From: Octopus vulgaris
Taxonomy: Eukaryota
Direction: 5' to 3'
NCBI GenBank assembly: GCA_951406725.2
Contig: OX597836.1
Location: 32,364,001-32,428,000, forward strand
DNA: 64,000 nt
Shown: positions 35,536-49,325 of the stretch, one piece after another
Position numbering within the stretch: position 1 is the stretch's first letter
Layout: each line of letters starts with the position of its first letter
Notes under the pieces: generated by a model
Seen by the model: the letters and a program-made list of their open reading frames with translations, nothing else
What the model was told of the DNA's origin: nothing
Database searches by the model: none
Translations under genes and position numbers: made by a program

Positions 35536-36370
35536 TAAGCTGGTGAACTGGAGGAAATGTTACTGCGCCGGGGAAAATGCTTAGCAGCATTTCATTCATC
35601 TTTACGTTCTGAGTTCAAATTCTGCCGAGGGCAACTTTGCCTTTCGTCCTTTCAAAGTGAATAAATTAACTACCTGTTGAGCACTGGGGGTCGATGTAAT
35701 CAACTACTTCTTCCCTTAAACTTCAGGTTTTATGTCTGTAGTAGAAAAGATTATTATTATCACTATTATCATTATCAAGGCAGCGAGCTGGCAGAATTGT
35801 TAGCATGCTGGGCAAAATGCTTAGCGGTATTTCGTCTGCCATTACGTTCTGAGTTCAAATTCCGCCAAGGTTGACTTTGCCTTTCATCCTTTCGGGGTCA
35901 ATTAAATAAATACCAGTTACGCACTGGGGGTGATGTAATCGACTTGATACATTTGTCTGCCATTGTTTGTCCTCTCTGTGTTTAGCCCCTTGTGGGTAGT
36001 AAAGAAATAGGTATTTCGTCTGTCTTTACGTCCTGAGTTCAAATGCTGCTGGAATTGACTTTGCCTTTCATCCTTTCGGGGTCAATAAATTAAGTTCCAG
36101 TTGTGTACTGGAGTCGATCTAATTGACTGCCTCCTCCCACCAAATTTCAAGCCTTGTTCTTACAGTAGAAAGGATTATTATTATCATTATCAAACTGCTT
36201 AGCAGCATTTCATCTGTTTTTACATTCTGAGTTGAAATTCTGCCAAGAGCAACTCTGCCTTTCATCCTTTCGGGGTCGATAAACCAAGTACCATTTGAGT
36301 ACCAGGGTCGATGTAATCAGCTATCCTCTTACCCCAAATTTTAGGCTTTGTGTCTGTAATAGAAAGGATT
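35536..36370 (+). mobile_element. Head-to-tail array of four Family B SINEs
   Basis: Units start at ~35536, 35777, 36010 and 36195, mostly separated by (ATT)n. Confidence 0.85.
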
Positions 36371-36429
36371 ATTATCATTATCATTATCATTTTTTTACAA
36401 TTTTTTTTCCATTTCTTGTCAAGTGTCTT

Positions 36430-36988
36430 CCTGACACCTAGGGCAGAATTATTGCTATTGTTATTATCAAAGTGGCTGAGTTCCTTTGGAGTGTTGGACC
36501 TCATAGAGGCAATGACCAAGACCTTTGGCATTATGTCATGACAGATACTGATGTCACACAAATGGCACCTGTGTCAGTGGAAGGTAAAAGTACCCATTAC
36601 ACTCTTGAAGTCATTGGCATTAGGAAGGGCATCCAGCCATAGAAAACCATGCCAAGTCAGACTGGAGTCTGTGCAACCTTCCAGTTTACCAGCCCTGGTC
36701 AAACTCTCCAAACGATGCCAGCATAGACAACGGATGTTAAATGATGATGATTGTTATTCTTATTATTATTAAGGCAGTGTGCTAGAAAAATCATTAGCAT
36801 GATGGAGAAAATGCCTGGTGGCATTTCATCTGTCTTCATGTTCTACATTCAAATTCTGCTGAGGTTGATTGTGCTTTCCATACTTTTGAGATCAACAAAA
36901 TAAGTATCAGTCAAGCACTAGGGTTGATGGAAATGACTAGCACACTTCCCCTAAAATTGCTGCCCTTGTCCCAAAATTTGAAACCATT
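36430..36988 (+). mobile_element. Family C copy (to ~36752) followed by a Family B SINE (36771-36988)
   Basis: ggcattaggaagggcatccagcc...ggatgttaaatgatgatg, then aaggcagtgtgctagaaaaatcattagc... Confidence 0.75.
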
Positions 36989-37174
36989 ATTTAACAGGTA
37001 CTCTGCTTTTGTTTCTATTTGATGCAGTTGAGAAGCTGTTCAGTCAATGCATTAAATCTACTTCGGAGATCAGCACCCACCCCCATAACTTAGGGGTCAA
37101 ATATGACATGCTTCTCATTACAGACCGACTAGTGATAGGAAGTGAAATGTTAATTCGGAATTAACAAGAATTAA

Positions 37175-37642
37175 CTGGTGCTCCGTTGGTTATGATGATG
37201 AGTGTACCAGTTGATCTGATCAATGGAACAGCCTGCTTGTGAAAGTGCAAGTGGTTGAGCACTCCACAAACACACACACCCTTAATGTAGTTCTCAGGGA
37301 GATTTATTGTGATGCAGAATGTGACAAGGCTGGCCCCTATGAATTATAGGATCTTGCTGAAGGACACAATACACTGCCAGAAGGGCCTGCATGTGAAACG
37401 ACCGGGCAAGTGGTTGAGCAATCCATAGAGACAGGTACCCTTAACAAAGTTCTTGAGTAGATTCAGCATGATACAGAATGTGACAAGGCTGGCCCCTATG
37501 AATCATAGGATCAACTCCTTTTTGACAGCTGAATGGACTGGAGCAACATGAAATAAAGAGGGATCTTGCTCAATAACACAATGTGCTACTAGAAATTGAA
37601 CTTACAACCTTATGATCATGAGCCAAATACATACACCTTCAC
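37175..37642 (-). mobile_element. Family F SINE with an internal ~100-bp duplication
   Basis: gcaagtggttgagca...cagaatgtgacaaggctggcccctatgaat..taggatc occurs twice. Confidence 0.75.
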
Positions 37643-38238
37643 AATGAACAAGAATAGATACTGCAAGGTAGTTCGCCTGATTCTCAAACAATTTCATCAG
37701 TCCATTGTTGTAGACTGGGAATTTATTTATTGACCCCTCCAATAGAGGAAAAGCTATGTTGACCTTGGCAGGATTTGAACCTAAAGTGCAGAGAGCTAGA
37801 AAAATACCACAAGGATTTCTATGCACTACCTTAATGGCTTTGATAATTTGCCACTTTTATGGAACTTTTATTATATCGGTTACAATAAGGTTGTTGTTAG
37901 ATCTGACATATCAAACACGGGTGTAATTCCATTCATTAACTTTTAGATGTTAATGTATTAAGGCTGTAGCTGTTCTAAATGACAATTCAAACACTGGATT
38001 GTGTATTTAGAAGCTTACCATTATTCGGTTGTACTATCCATTCATAAATTAGCAAATGACATTTAGATTTTAAAGAGACTGCAGCAATAATACACTTTTA
38101 GTTGTCTTCAGTGTCACATTGACCTTACGCAAAACACAATTCCACAATTCTTTATAGGAGCTTCTACATGGTCTATTGAATTGCTAGAAATATCAGCCAA
38201 ATCTTCAAACAAGACACATTGAATAGTATAGTATAAGG

Positions 38239-39041
38239 CAGTGGTTCTCAAACAGGGTCCATATCTGATTGCCTTGGGGATGGCACACTGCAAAATAGTA
38301 AATTAGGGACCCACAATAGTATTTTAAGGGCTCCTGAAAAAATTTTGCTTCATGTTTATATATTGATATGTATTGCAAGAAACAACTAGATCTCTTTCTC
38401 TAAAATTTTACATAGTTCAACCTACACACGTTAGTGTGTGAAAAACAAAATAAGAATTTTTGAAAGAAGTAACTATGAAATTAGTTTTTAAACATCAAAT
38501 GGCTATGGGGGTCCATCAGAATAAAATAAGTATTTCAAAGGGCTCCAGATATTTTTTTTTAAATGGTTGGGAATCATTTTTTACATAGTTCAACCTACAC
38601 AAGTTAATGTGTGAAAAACAAAATGGGAATTAAAAATAATAATGAAATTATTGTATACAGTATATTGAATTTTGAAAGAAGTTTTATCAAACTAGTTTTT
38701 AAACATTGATTGACTATGGGGGTCCACCAAAATAAAATAGTATTTCAAAGGGGTTCAGAAAAAAGAAAAACAGGTTGGGAATCACATTTTACATTGTTCA
38801 ACCTACACAAGTTAATGTGTGAAAAACAAAATGGGTATTTTGAAAGAAGTTTCTATAATACAAAACAAATATATAAACATAGTTTTTAAACATTGAATGA
38901 CTATGTGGGTCTACCAGAATAAAATAGTATTTCAGAGGGGTCCAAAGATACAAAAAAAAAATATGGTTGAGAACCACGTTTTACATATGTCAACCTACAC
39001 TAGGTTAATGTGTAAAACACAAAGCAGGAATTTTGAAAGAA
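38239..39041. mobile_element. hAT-like MITE with a tandemly amplified right-end segment
   Basis: Left TIR cagtggttctcaa. Units start ttttacatagttcaacctacac at ~38406, 38579, 38787 and 38979, the first three ending ggttg(g/a)gaa(t/c)ca. A single-unit homologue lies at 43959-44313. Confidence 0.8.
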
Positions 39042-39447
39042 AGCAAATACTATAACAATGTTTCAATTCTTTGATCTATCTGCAAGCTATTTTTTTTTAT
39101 TCTATTAATGTCTGTTAGTTTTATTGATGTGATATACTGATGGCACGAGACATGGACAGAAGGCAAATACTTATAAGAATTATGATTTATTAAGGAAAAA
39201 AATATATATGTATGTATGCATGCATATGTATGCATGCATATATGTATGCATGCATATATGTATGCATGTATGTATGTTTGTATGTGTGCTTGTATTTATA
39301 TATGTTTGGATGGACGAATGTACATTTGTATGTATGTGTGTGTATGTGTATATTAATGAATGTATTTATGTATTCATGTATATATGTGTGTGATGAATAT
39401 ATGTATGCATGTGAGTAAATGTATGTGTTTGTGTGTGTGTGTGTGTT

Positions 39448-39484
<37 letters not shown>

Positions 39485-39499
39485 TTGTGTGTGAAGTCA

Positions 39500-39995
39500 T
39501 TGTCATGGCTGATGACAGTTCCGCCTGATTGGCACCTGTGCTGATGGTATGTAAAAAGCACCATTTGAATGTGGCTGGTGACAGTGCCACCCTACTAGTC
39601 CTGTGTTGGTAGCATGCAAAAAGCACCATTCAAGCATGGTCGGTGCCAGTGCTGGCTGACTGGTACCATGCTGGTGGCATGTAAAAAGCACCATTCAAGT
39701 GTGGTCATTGCCAGTACCACCTGACTGACTGACTCCCATGCTGGTGGCACGTAAAAAGCACCATTCAAGTATGGCCAATGCCAGTACTGCCTGACTGGCC
39801 CTCATGCCAGTAGCACATAAAAAGTACCCACTACACTCTCAGAGTGGTTGGCATTAGGAAGGGCATCAAAGTGTAGAAACATTACCAGATCGGAATGGAG
39901 CCTGGTGCAGCCTTGTGACTCGCCAGCCCTCAGTCAAACCATCCAACACATACCAGCATGGAAAGCAGACATCAAATGACCATGATGATGATGAT
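39500..39995 (+). mobile_element. Family C retroposon with ~5 internal ~58-bp subrepeats
   Basis: Repeated gtaaaaagcaccattcaag..tggtc..tgccagt...tgactgg followed by the standard 3' end. Confidence 0.85.
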
Positions 39996-40329
39996 ATATA
40001 TGTATATGTATTTGTATGTTTGCTTGTCTTTCTTCATGATCTATTTAAGTTCTTCTCTGCAGAACTGAAACCAATCAATAACAAAGTGAAGTGATTTCTT
40101 TGTTTCAGTCAAGATAGTTCTAAAGATATGATTATATTTGTGTAAGCATATATGTAGATATGCACAGACATTTCAAAAGTAAATAGAAACTCCTTATTTT
40201 GCTATTTTACCTGTGCAGGTACTTTTCGGTGCTTTAAACTTGTTAAGGCCTCATTCACAAGACATGTTTACTAAACACTAGATCAAGCATTTAAATGCAT
40301 CAAGTGACATTTATTTTCATCATGATCAT

Positions 40330-40817
40330 CATGATCATCATCATCATTATCAACATCATCGTTTAACGTCAGCTTTCCATGATGGCATGGGTTGGACAAT
40401 TTGACTGAGGCCTGGCAAACCAGATGGCTGCACCAGACTCCAATCTGATCTGGCAGAGTTTCTACAGCGTTGTGGGTGCTTTTATGTGCCACCAGCACGA
40501 GGGCCAGTCAGGCAGTACTGGCAGCAGCCACGCTCAAATGGTGCTTTTAAATGCCACCTGCATAGGAGCCAGTCCATCGGCACTGGCAATGACCTCACTC
40601 AAATGTTTTTTCACATGCCACCAGCACAAGTGCCAGTAAGGCAACACTGGTAACAATCCCGCTCAAATGGTGCTTTTTACATGCCATTGGCACGGAGGCC
40701 AGCTTGTTGCTCTGGCAACGATCATGCTTGTATGGTACTCTTAGTACTCCACTAGCATGGATGCTAGTCATCGAATTTGAGTTCGATTTCAATTTCGATT
40801 TCACTTACCTCAACAGG
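40330..40817 (-). mobile_element. Family C retroposon, long form
   Basis: Reverse complement of 42480-42968. Confidence 0.85.
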
Positions 40818-42479
40818 TTTCTAGAAATAAATCCTTAAAATAATGTAGATGTCTATCTACTTTTAAGAAGACTACGTATGTGTGAAAATAGTTGTACTCC
40901 CACTTACAGTGAGTAAATCTCTATGGTACACAAGTGCTTGTGCATCTCATTACTTTTCACATGTGAAAATTAAAAAATATTTTTGTTGCTTTTGTAAAAT
41001 CTCAGAAAATAATTAAAAATTCACATTTTTATCAAATTATTTTGTTATATTTGTCTATCTATCCAACTGTAAACATTTTAAATATTTCACTAACTTTTGG
41101 TAAAAGGGTACACAACCCTTTGTATATGTGTATTTCATTACTCTTTATGTTTTTGTGTGTGTATAGATGCCCTAAACACACATCTGATTGCATGTATGTT
41201 GATTCAAGGAAACCCAAATGAAGAATCTTTAGAATGTTTTACAGCTATTCAAAACTTCTAGCCAGTTGATTTTCATCCTGAAAATCAATTTAGTAACAAG
41301 CTACTTGGCAAACTTGCTGGTGATAGTGATGGTTCTGGTGCTGCATAAAAAACATTTATGCTGGTGCCATGCAAATAACACTCGTACTAATGCTACATAT
41401 GAGGTGGTATCAAAAGGTACCTGGACCACATCTGTAGATACACCTGTGATAGTTGAGGGATTATTGTAGTTTCAATGTCAATCATGATCAGAACTCAAGG
41501 CAACATATAGAGATAGATGGAGGAAACCCTGCTGGAGCAGTGTATGAAATAACAATTGATGATGAGTAAAATACTGTATTTTCTGGTAATACAAGTCAAC
41601 ATAGTATATAGTGTAAACACATAGTGTGTCATAAGATGGTTGGTTTGTCGTCACCATGGTCATGGTTATGGATATCTGTGTGTTTGCTGGAGACCATCGT
41701 TGCAAGGTTAGTTGGGAGAAAGAATTATGTTGTATCTTTAAATTGAATGAAAGATCAGGCTGACTGCTTGTAACATAAAATAAGCAAACTCATGAACTTA
41801 ACAACCATATTTTATTGATAGAAAATTGTGCATATAAACATGCAAATTATAGCAGATTCGCTGGTTATCAGAATAATAAGTAGGAATATATTTGCTGCAT
41901 TGGCTTAAACATTAGCTATCTGGAAGATGAAAATGCAGATATAATAACCACTGCAGATTGATGAAACTTGGAGAAGGAAACATCAGTATATCTTGTTTGA
42001 AGGCTAGCTTTAGTCTGCTGTGGTCTGTCTTGCTTGAAAGCTAACTGCAGTCTGCTGTATTTTAGGTACCAAACTGTTTAACTAAAGTAAAAGGGCATAA
42101 AATTTCTAGAATATTTTAGAAGCCATCCATGCTACAGCTTCATGCTGATTGGTCAATTTTTAGATCAGTTACATTAAACTGTAGTTGCATTCTCATGATC
42201 GCAAACTGATAATGTTAAAGCTTGAATGTAAACACTCAAAAATCATTGCTATCTTCCAAACCCTGCTGCATGAGATTTTTGAACCTCTTTTTTTTTGGGG
42301 GGTTATAAATGTTAATCTGAAAATTCAACTTGTATGGCAGAAACTAAAATATCTATTTTTATTAAGCTAATGTTTGGAACATAATTTAACAAACCTTTTT
42401 TTGCATAAATTTATGATAGAAAATTTTATTTTAAATAAAAAGACTGTAGAAGAATTCATTTTTATACCATAGAACTAGC

Positions 42480-42968
42480 GGTAGTGAAATCGAAATCAAA
42501 TTCAATTACTGGCATCTGTGCTAGTGGAGCGCTAAGAGTACCATACAAGCGTGATCGTTGCCAGAGCAACAAACTGGCCTCTGTGCCGGTGACACATAAA
42601 AAGCACCATTCTAGCGTGATCTTTACCTGTGTTGCCTTACTGGCACTTGTGCTGTTGGTACGTGAAAAAACATTTGAGCGAGGTCATTACTATTGCTGCT
42701 GGAGTGACTCCTGTGCAGGTGGCACATAAAAAAGCACCATTTGAGTGTGGCTGTTGCCAGTACCACCTGACTGGCCCTCGTGCTGGTGGCACATAAAAGC
42801 ACCCACTATACTCTCGGAGTGGTTGGCATTAGGAAGGGCATCCAGCTGTAGAAACTCTGCCAGATCAGATTGGAGTCAGGTGCAGCCATCTGGTTCGACA
42901 GACCTCAGTCAAATCGTCCAACCCATGCTAGCATGGAAAGCAGACGTTAAACAATGATGATGATGATA
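42480..42968 (+). mobile_element. Family C retroposon, long form
   Basis: gtgaaatcgaaatcaaattc...cagacgttaaacaatgatgatg. Confidence 0.85.
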
Positions 42969-43958
42969 CATGATGGGGTTTATTTCAGTTTCCACCTACC
43001 AAATCCACTCACAAGGTTTTGATTGTTCTAGAGCTAACCACATACTAGAAGACCCATGGGGACTGAACCCCAAAACATATATTTAGGAAGTGAGCTTCTT
43101 GACCAGACAGTCATATGAATATAAATCTATTGTAGCTTTTATGAGACAAATATTATTTTATAGGAAAAAATACTAAAATTTTAAAGTAAAAATATATGCA
43201 AACATATATAAACATACTAAAATAAAAATACATATATTCCAGTCACAAATTTTAAAAATTGATATATTTATTCAAAAAGAGATGTAAAAATATAACAATT
43301 ATATTCAAAATATAAAGTTTAAATTGCAAAAGTATTCAATAATTGTGTCTGTGATTTAACATTAATTAGAGGGATTAAAAGAAAAAATTATTTAAATTAT
43401 AACAGAAATCTTAATTACATCTGATGCTATAATTAATCATTGACAATAGTTCTTTACAATTTATCTTCGATGCACACTCACATTTTCCATAACTATTAGT
43501 TATGGAAATTGTGATTGTTATTTTTCAGGAGTTGTTATTATTATAATTAATAGTAGTATTAGTATTAGTATTATTGCTATTCCATTATAGCTATTGTTGT
43601 AATTTTTTTTTTAATTAAATTTTTTTATTTAAAAAAAATTTTTTTTTGCTGTCATAAAGTGGCTGCTTCCTTCCTTGTCTTCCAGAATAGATCTTCATTC
43701 TGAAGCTTCTTAAAGTTCCAGCTATAATTACATTGATACTGGCATACTAGTAAATGCTGCTAAATGTCAGGAAGCCTCTACAGGGTTACTTGATCTACTA
43801 GAAGAAGCAGTTAACTCTTCAAATAATGCCCTAATCATAGCATCTAACACCTTAACTCTTAAATGATTCAACAGAATGTTATTTTTTTTCTTTAAAGACT
43901 TTTACCCTCTTGGTAAACTTTATAATTGTAATGGACTCTGAAATCCTTTTGTATATGC

Positions 43959-44313
43959 CAGGGGTTCTCAACCATTTTTTTTATCTATGGATCCTCTTGA
44001 TTACTATTTTATTCTAGTGGACCCCCATAGCTATTCCATGTTTAAAAACTAGTTTTATGGAAATATCTTTCAAAATTCCTATTTTGTTTTTCACACATTA
44101 ATTTCTGTAGGTTGAACTATGTGAAGTGTTAGAGGAAGAAATCTAGCTGTTTCTTGCAATACATACCAATGCATACATCTAAAGCAAAAATTTTTCAGGG
44201 GCCCTTAAAACACTATTGTGGGCCCCCAATCTACTATTTTGTTGCTTCCCCTCACCCCTCGCAATCTTATATGGACCCTCAGTGGCCATACAGACTCCAA
44301 TTGAGAGCTACTG
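43959..44313. mobile_element. hAT-like MITE
   Basis: Termini caggggttctcaa / ttgagagctactg. Reverse complement of 38239-38578. Confidence 0.75.
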
Positions 44314-44399
44314 CCCTATACTCCAGGGCACATATAAGTCTCCAGGGCACAACCTTTGCAAATCCCAGAACACATAGGGTTGGATACCTGGTTGTTATA

Positions 44400-44720
44400 A
44401 TATGGCTCAGTGGTTAAAGCATCAGGCTCACAATCATGAGGTAATGAGTTCAATTCCTGGATCAGGCTGTGTGTTGTGTTCTTGAGCAAGACATTTTATT
44501 TCATGTTGCTCCAGTTCACTCAGCTGTAGAAATGAGTTGAGACGTCACTGGTGCCAAACTGTATTGGCCTTTGCCTTTCTCTTGGATAACACTGGTGGCA
44601 TGCAGAGAGGAGGCTGGTATACATGGGTGATTGCATTAAAACAAATCTACACAGACATGTACCTCAGAGGGTAACTTTCTAGGTGCAATCTCACGGTCAT
44701 TCATGACCGAAGGGGGTTTT
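44400..44720 (+). mobile_element. Family E SINE
   Basis: atggctcagtggttaaagcatcaggctcacaatcatgagg...catgaccgaaggggg. Confidence 0.88.
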
Positions 44721-46035
44721 ATAAGTGACCAAGATCACAACAATTTCTCTGATTAGGATGTCAGCTTGTAGTAGGGTCACTCATTTACAAGTGAATGCAT
44801 TGATGCAATGCAAAATGAAGTGTCTTGCCCAAGAACACAACACACTACTCAGGGTGGGAATTGAGCCTACAACCTTGCAATTATAAATGCAGCACCCTAA
44901 CCACTTGGCCATGTGATTTACCCATCATAGAATGTCAAACTATAAATATAGCAGTTGTATCTTGTGTACAGCTCATTAGTATGAAATTATGCATTGATGA
45001 ATTGTATGATGCATTAGCACACCAGGCTAAATGCTTAGTGAGATTTTATCTACCTTTACGTTCTTAGTTCAAATTCTGCCAGGGTCAACTTTGCTTTCAT
45101 CCTCTCAAGGTCAATAAAATAAGGACCAGTTAAACTCTTGGGTCACTCTAATTGACTAGCTCCCTCCCCTGAAATTGCTAACCTTGTGCCAAAATTTGAA
45201 AGCAATTCTCCAAGTGTGTGTGTGTGTAAAAGTTTTATAAAATTGTTCCCATAAAAGTCTTTGCATCTTATTCAGTTTCCATGCATTAAAAATGGAGGGA
45301 CTCCCTACGTAGTCATTTGACATGCTAGAAAGACTAGTAACTTTTATTCAAATCACACCTTACAGTCATGAAAAAAAAAATAGATAGAAACATTAGCTAT
45401 GTACTGGATAAAAAGTACAATGGTCATTGCTGAAACACCTTTGATCAGCAGCAGCAACATAAGTCACTAAAGTCCTTTAGAAAAGTGTGAACAGCATACC
45501 ATCTCACTACCATCCCTTTAGTGCTAAAGCAAGAAATCAATATATAGAAATAGCTTTTCTGTATTCCATGTATGTGTTTGAGTTGGTGTGTAAAATAATT
45601 CCATTAACACAGATTAGCAAACTCTACTAACAGAATTATATGCATTAATTATTCAAGAATGTGTTGTTATTAATATTGGGAAAAAAAAAAAGTAAAATGA
45701 GACCTAAAAAAAATAAAGAAAATAGACTTCTATTTTTGCTCCAGTTCATTGACTTACAAATGTCACTCAGAACATCTTTATCTGACTTTTAGCAATAGAA
45801 ACACCACAAGGCAGAAAGTGAAAGTAAAAGTGAAACAGACATTCACAGTTGTGTTTTTAAAGGAGTAATAATCAGAGGCGTGGCTAGAAAGTGGGTGGGT
45901 CAAGAGGCCGGACATATGCCCAGGTAATTTTATGGGGATAATACTTTTGGGTCTGCTATACAAGCCTGTATAGACTTGGGGGCCTGGGACTTTGGGGAAA
46001 ACTCAAGGGCTTCTCTGCTTGACACACTCTAACTA

Positions 46036-46236
46036 CTGTATATTCCAGCGTATAAAACACTTTTTTTAGTCTTAAATGTACCATATGTGCCATATGTCTA
46101 ATGTGACCCTATTATGGATGAGATACTGAGTGTATGATGAAGAATATTAATTTTTTTTGCGCAAAATCATTCTCTTTCACAAAAAAGTAGAGGTCTGTCT
46201 TTTGCAAGAGTGCATCTTATAGACTGGCAAATATGC
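46036..46236. mobile_element. pogo/Tc2-like MITE, old
   Basis: Degenerate TIRs (ta)ctgtatattccagcgtataaaacac / tgcatcttatagactggcaaatatgc(ta). Confidence 0.5.
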
Positions 46237-46779
46237 TAGCTATGACACTGACAACAATACTCTACATCTATCATCATCATTTAACGTCCATTTTCCATGC
46301 TGGCATGGGTTGGACAGTTTGACAGGAGTTAGTCAACCAGGGAGCTGTCCAGACTCCAGTTGTCTGTTGTTGCATGGTTTCTACAGCTGGATGCCCTTCC
46401 TAACACCAACCACTTTACAGAGTGCGATGGATGGTCATTATGTGCCACTGGCATGGGTAAGTTTATGTAGCACTCGCACAAGTGCATTTACTCAACACTT
46501 ACATGAGTGCATCTTCTGTCACACTGACACACGTATTTTAGCAATGACTTTATCCTTCAAGATGTGCCTCTGAGAAAAATTTCAAACACCCTAGGGATCA
46601 AACTCCAGTGGTTTACAACTTAGAAGATAGATTAGATAAATGGATCTTCACTAGTTTCCATAAGTGTTCAGTTATTTGACCAATTGAATTATCTGCTCAT
46701 TGAATTATGATGCAGATGGCTGAGTATTCCTCAGACACATATTCACTTAGCATAATTTCAAGGAAAAGTCAGCATGAGA

Positions 46780-47172
46780 GTGTAATACAATATGGCACAG
46801 AGTGACATAGTGTAACACTGTGTGTCACTGTATGACATGGTGTGATGCAGTGTGATACAGTATGGCACAGTGCAACATAGTGTAACACTGTGTGTCAATG
46901 TATGACATTGTGTGACATATTGTGACATAGTGTAATAGAGTGTGTCAATGTATAACATAGTGTGAGACAGTGTGATACAGTATGGCACAATGTGACACTG
47001 TGTAACACTGTGTAACACTGTGTGACATGGTGTGATGCAATGTGACACTGTGATATGGTGTGATGTGATGTGATATGTAACTCTGTGAGACACAGTGTAA
47101 CACAGTATTATAAAATACGACATTGTGTAGCACAGTGTGACATGATGTGACATAGTATGACACAATATAACA
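46780..47172. repeat. Degenerate ~10-bp minisatellite (tgtgacatag / tgtaacactg)
   Basis: Read directly; it begins inside a Family F SINE fragment (46715-46790). Confidence 0.8.
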
Positions 47173-47532
47173 GCACTGGATCTTTGAATTACAGGCTCAA
47201 TCCATGCAATGGACTTCCAAATACTTTCTATCCACTCAACTTCATTCACAAAACTCAAGATGATTCATGGCTGTGGTAAAATCCCTTGCTTAAGATGATA
47301 TTCATTGGAACTGAATCAGGAGTCTCATGACAGCAAAGTAAACTTTGGGTGTTAAGAAACTTGCTTTACTACCACATGATTCTGAGATCAAACCCACTGC
47401 ACAACACCTTGGGCAGGTGTCTTCTACTTTAGCTCCAAGCTGACCAATTGCCTGGTGAGTGAGTTTGATAGATGGAAACTGTGTAGAATCCTGTTGTACA
47501 CATTTCTATATATGTGTGTATGAGTGAATATT

Positions 47533-47784
47533 CTTTTATTCTTTTACTTGTTTCAGTCATTCAACTGCAGCCATGCTGGGGCACCATCTGGAAAGATTAT
47601 AGCTGAATAAATTGACCCCAAAATTTTGATTCTTTAAAGCCTGGTATTTATTCTATCGGTCTGTTTTGCCAAACCACTAAAACACATCAGCACCAGTTGT
47701 CAAGTGGTGCTGGAGGACAAACACAGACATAAAGACACACACTCATAGATATATACACACACACACATACACACACACACATAC

Positions 47785-47819
<35 letters not shown>

Positions 47820-47980
47820 CATGATGGGCTTCTTTCAGTTTCTGTCTACCAAATCCACTCACAAGGCTTTGGTCAGCCTGAGGCTATAGTAGAAGGCACT
47901 TTCCCAAGGTGCCATGCAGTGGGACTGAACCTGGAACCATGTGGTTAGGAAGCAGGCTTCTTACCATTCAGCCACAACTG
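47533..47980 (-). mobile_element. Family A SINE, full length, flanked by + strand halves at 47345-47500 and 47985-48200
   Basis: Matches the family A consensus. The flanking halves read as an older + copy split at its internal microsatellite. Confidence 0.85.
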
Positions 47981-48650
47981 TGTCTATGTGTCTTTTTTGT
48001 AATTGTATTGTGTTTGTCCCACACCAATGTTTGATAACATGTGTTGGTTTGTTTACATCCTTGTAACTCAGCAGTTTGACAAAAGAAACTGATATTAATA
48101 GAATATGTAGCGAACTTAAAAAATATGTACATGTTCGACTGAACCATTCAAGGCAGTGCCCCAGAATGGTATGGTCCAATTACTGAAACAAGATAAGGAT
48201 ACACGATAAAAAATACATACATTGAAAAGTTCGCAATACCTTTGATAAATTCCTGGTAAAAGATGCTGCCAATCTGCTGATTGTCTGACAATGTTGATTC
48301 ACTGGAAATTTTAGCATCCTAACAATCCAAAAGATAGTTCTGGTTAAGCTTCATAGACAAATCACAAATAACGAAACAAATTCATGAGGGAAAAAAATTT
48401 TACTCTAAGATTTTAAACATTTTCTTTGAAAAAAAAATTTGTTTTGCAAACACTGGAGTAATTTGCATAATTACAGCAAATCGATTATTTTACTAATCAA
48501 TAAGTTTTTCCAATGTCTACTGCAGTTCATGAGAGTAAACAATATTCTTCGTTAATCTAAAATTATAGAAAGTATCAGAAGATATACATACATACATATA
48601 TGTATATATATATGCATATGTATATACACATATCTATGTATATGTATCTA

Positions 48651-48682
<32 letters not shown>

Positions 48683-49325
48683 GTACAAAATGGGACAAGA
48701 ACACAAAACATCTGGACAGTTAGGTGATGCAAAAATGGGACAACAAAACATCCAGATAGACGATACAAAAAAAAACAAGGACGGGTCATTTGAAGTTTTC
48801 TTTCATCAATTAAGTACCAGATTATCTTTGCAATTTTGGCTGATTATACTTGAGATTGCTCCAATCTGGCCAGCCCCAAGAAAAAACTAAGCTAAGAGCA
48901 TTAGATTACTTGGAAGAAAGCAGCAAATGTATACAAAAACAAGGACATAAAAAAACGAACAATATAACATAAATACAATAAAAATAAGAACAGGTCATAA
49001 CAACAGGTGTCTTTCGACTAAGGACGAATTATTTTTATTGTATTTGTGTTACATTGTATTTGTGTTATTGTACTTGTATTTCAAAGGGGCCAGCCTTGTC
49101 AGACTCTGTGTCATACTGAATCTCACCGAGAACTACATTAAGGGTACACATGTCTGTGGAGTGCTCAGCCACATGCATATTAATTTCACTAGCAGGCTGT
49201 TCTATTGATCAGATCAACTGGAACCCTCACCGTCATAACCAATGGAGTGCCAGTATATGTGTTTGTGTTTGTCTTCCACCGACTACCTGACAAACAGTGT
49301 TGGTATGTTTCCATCCCACTAAGTA

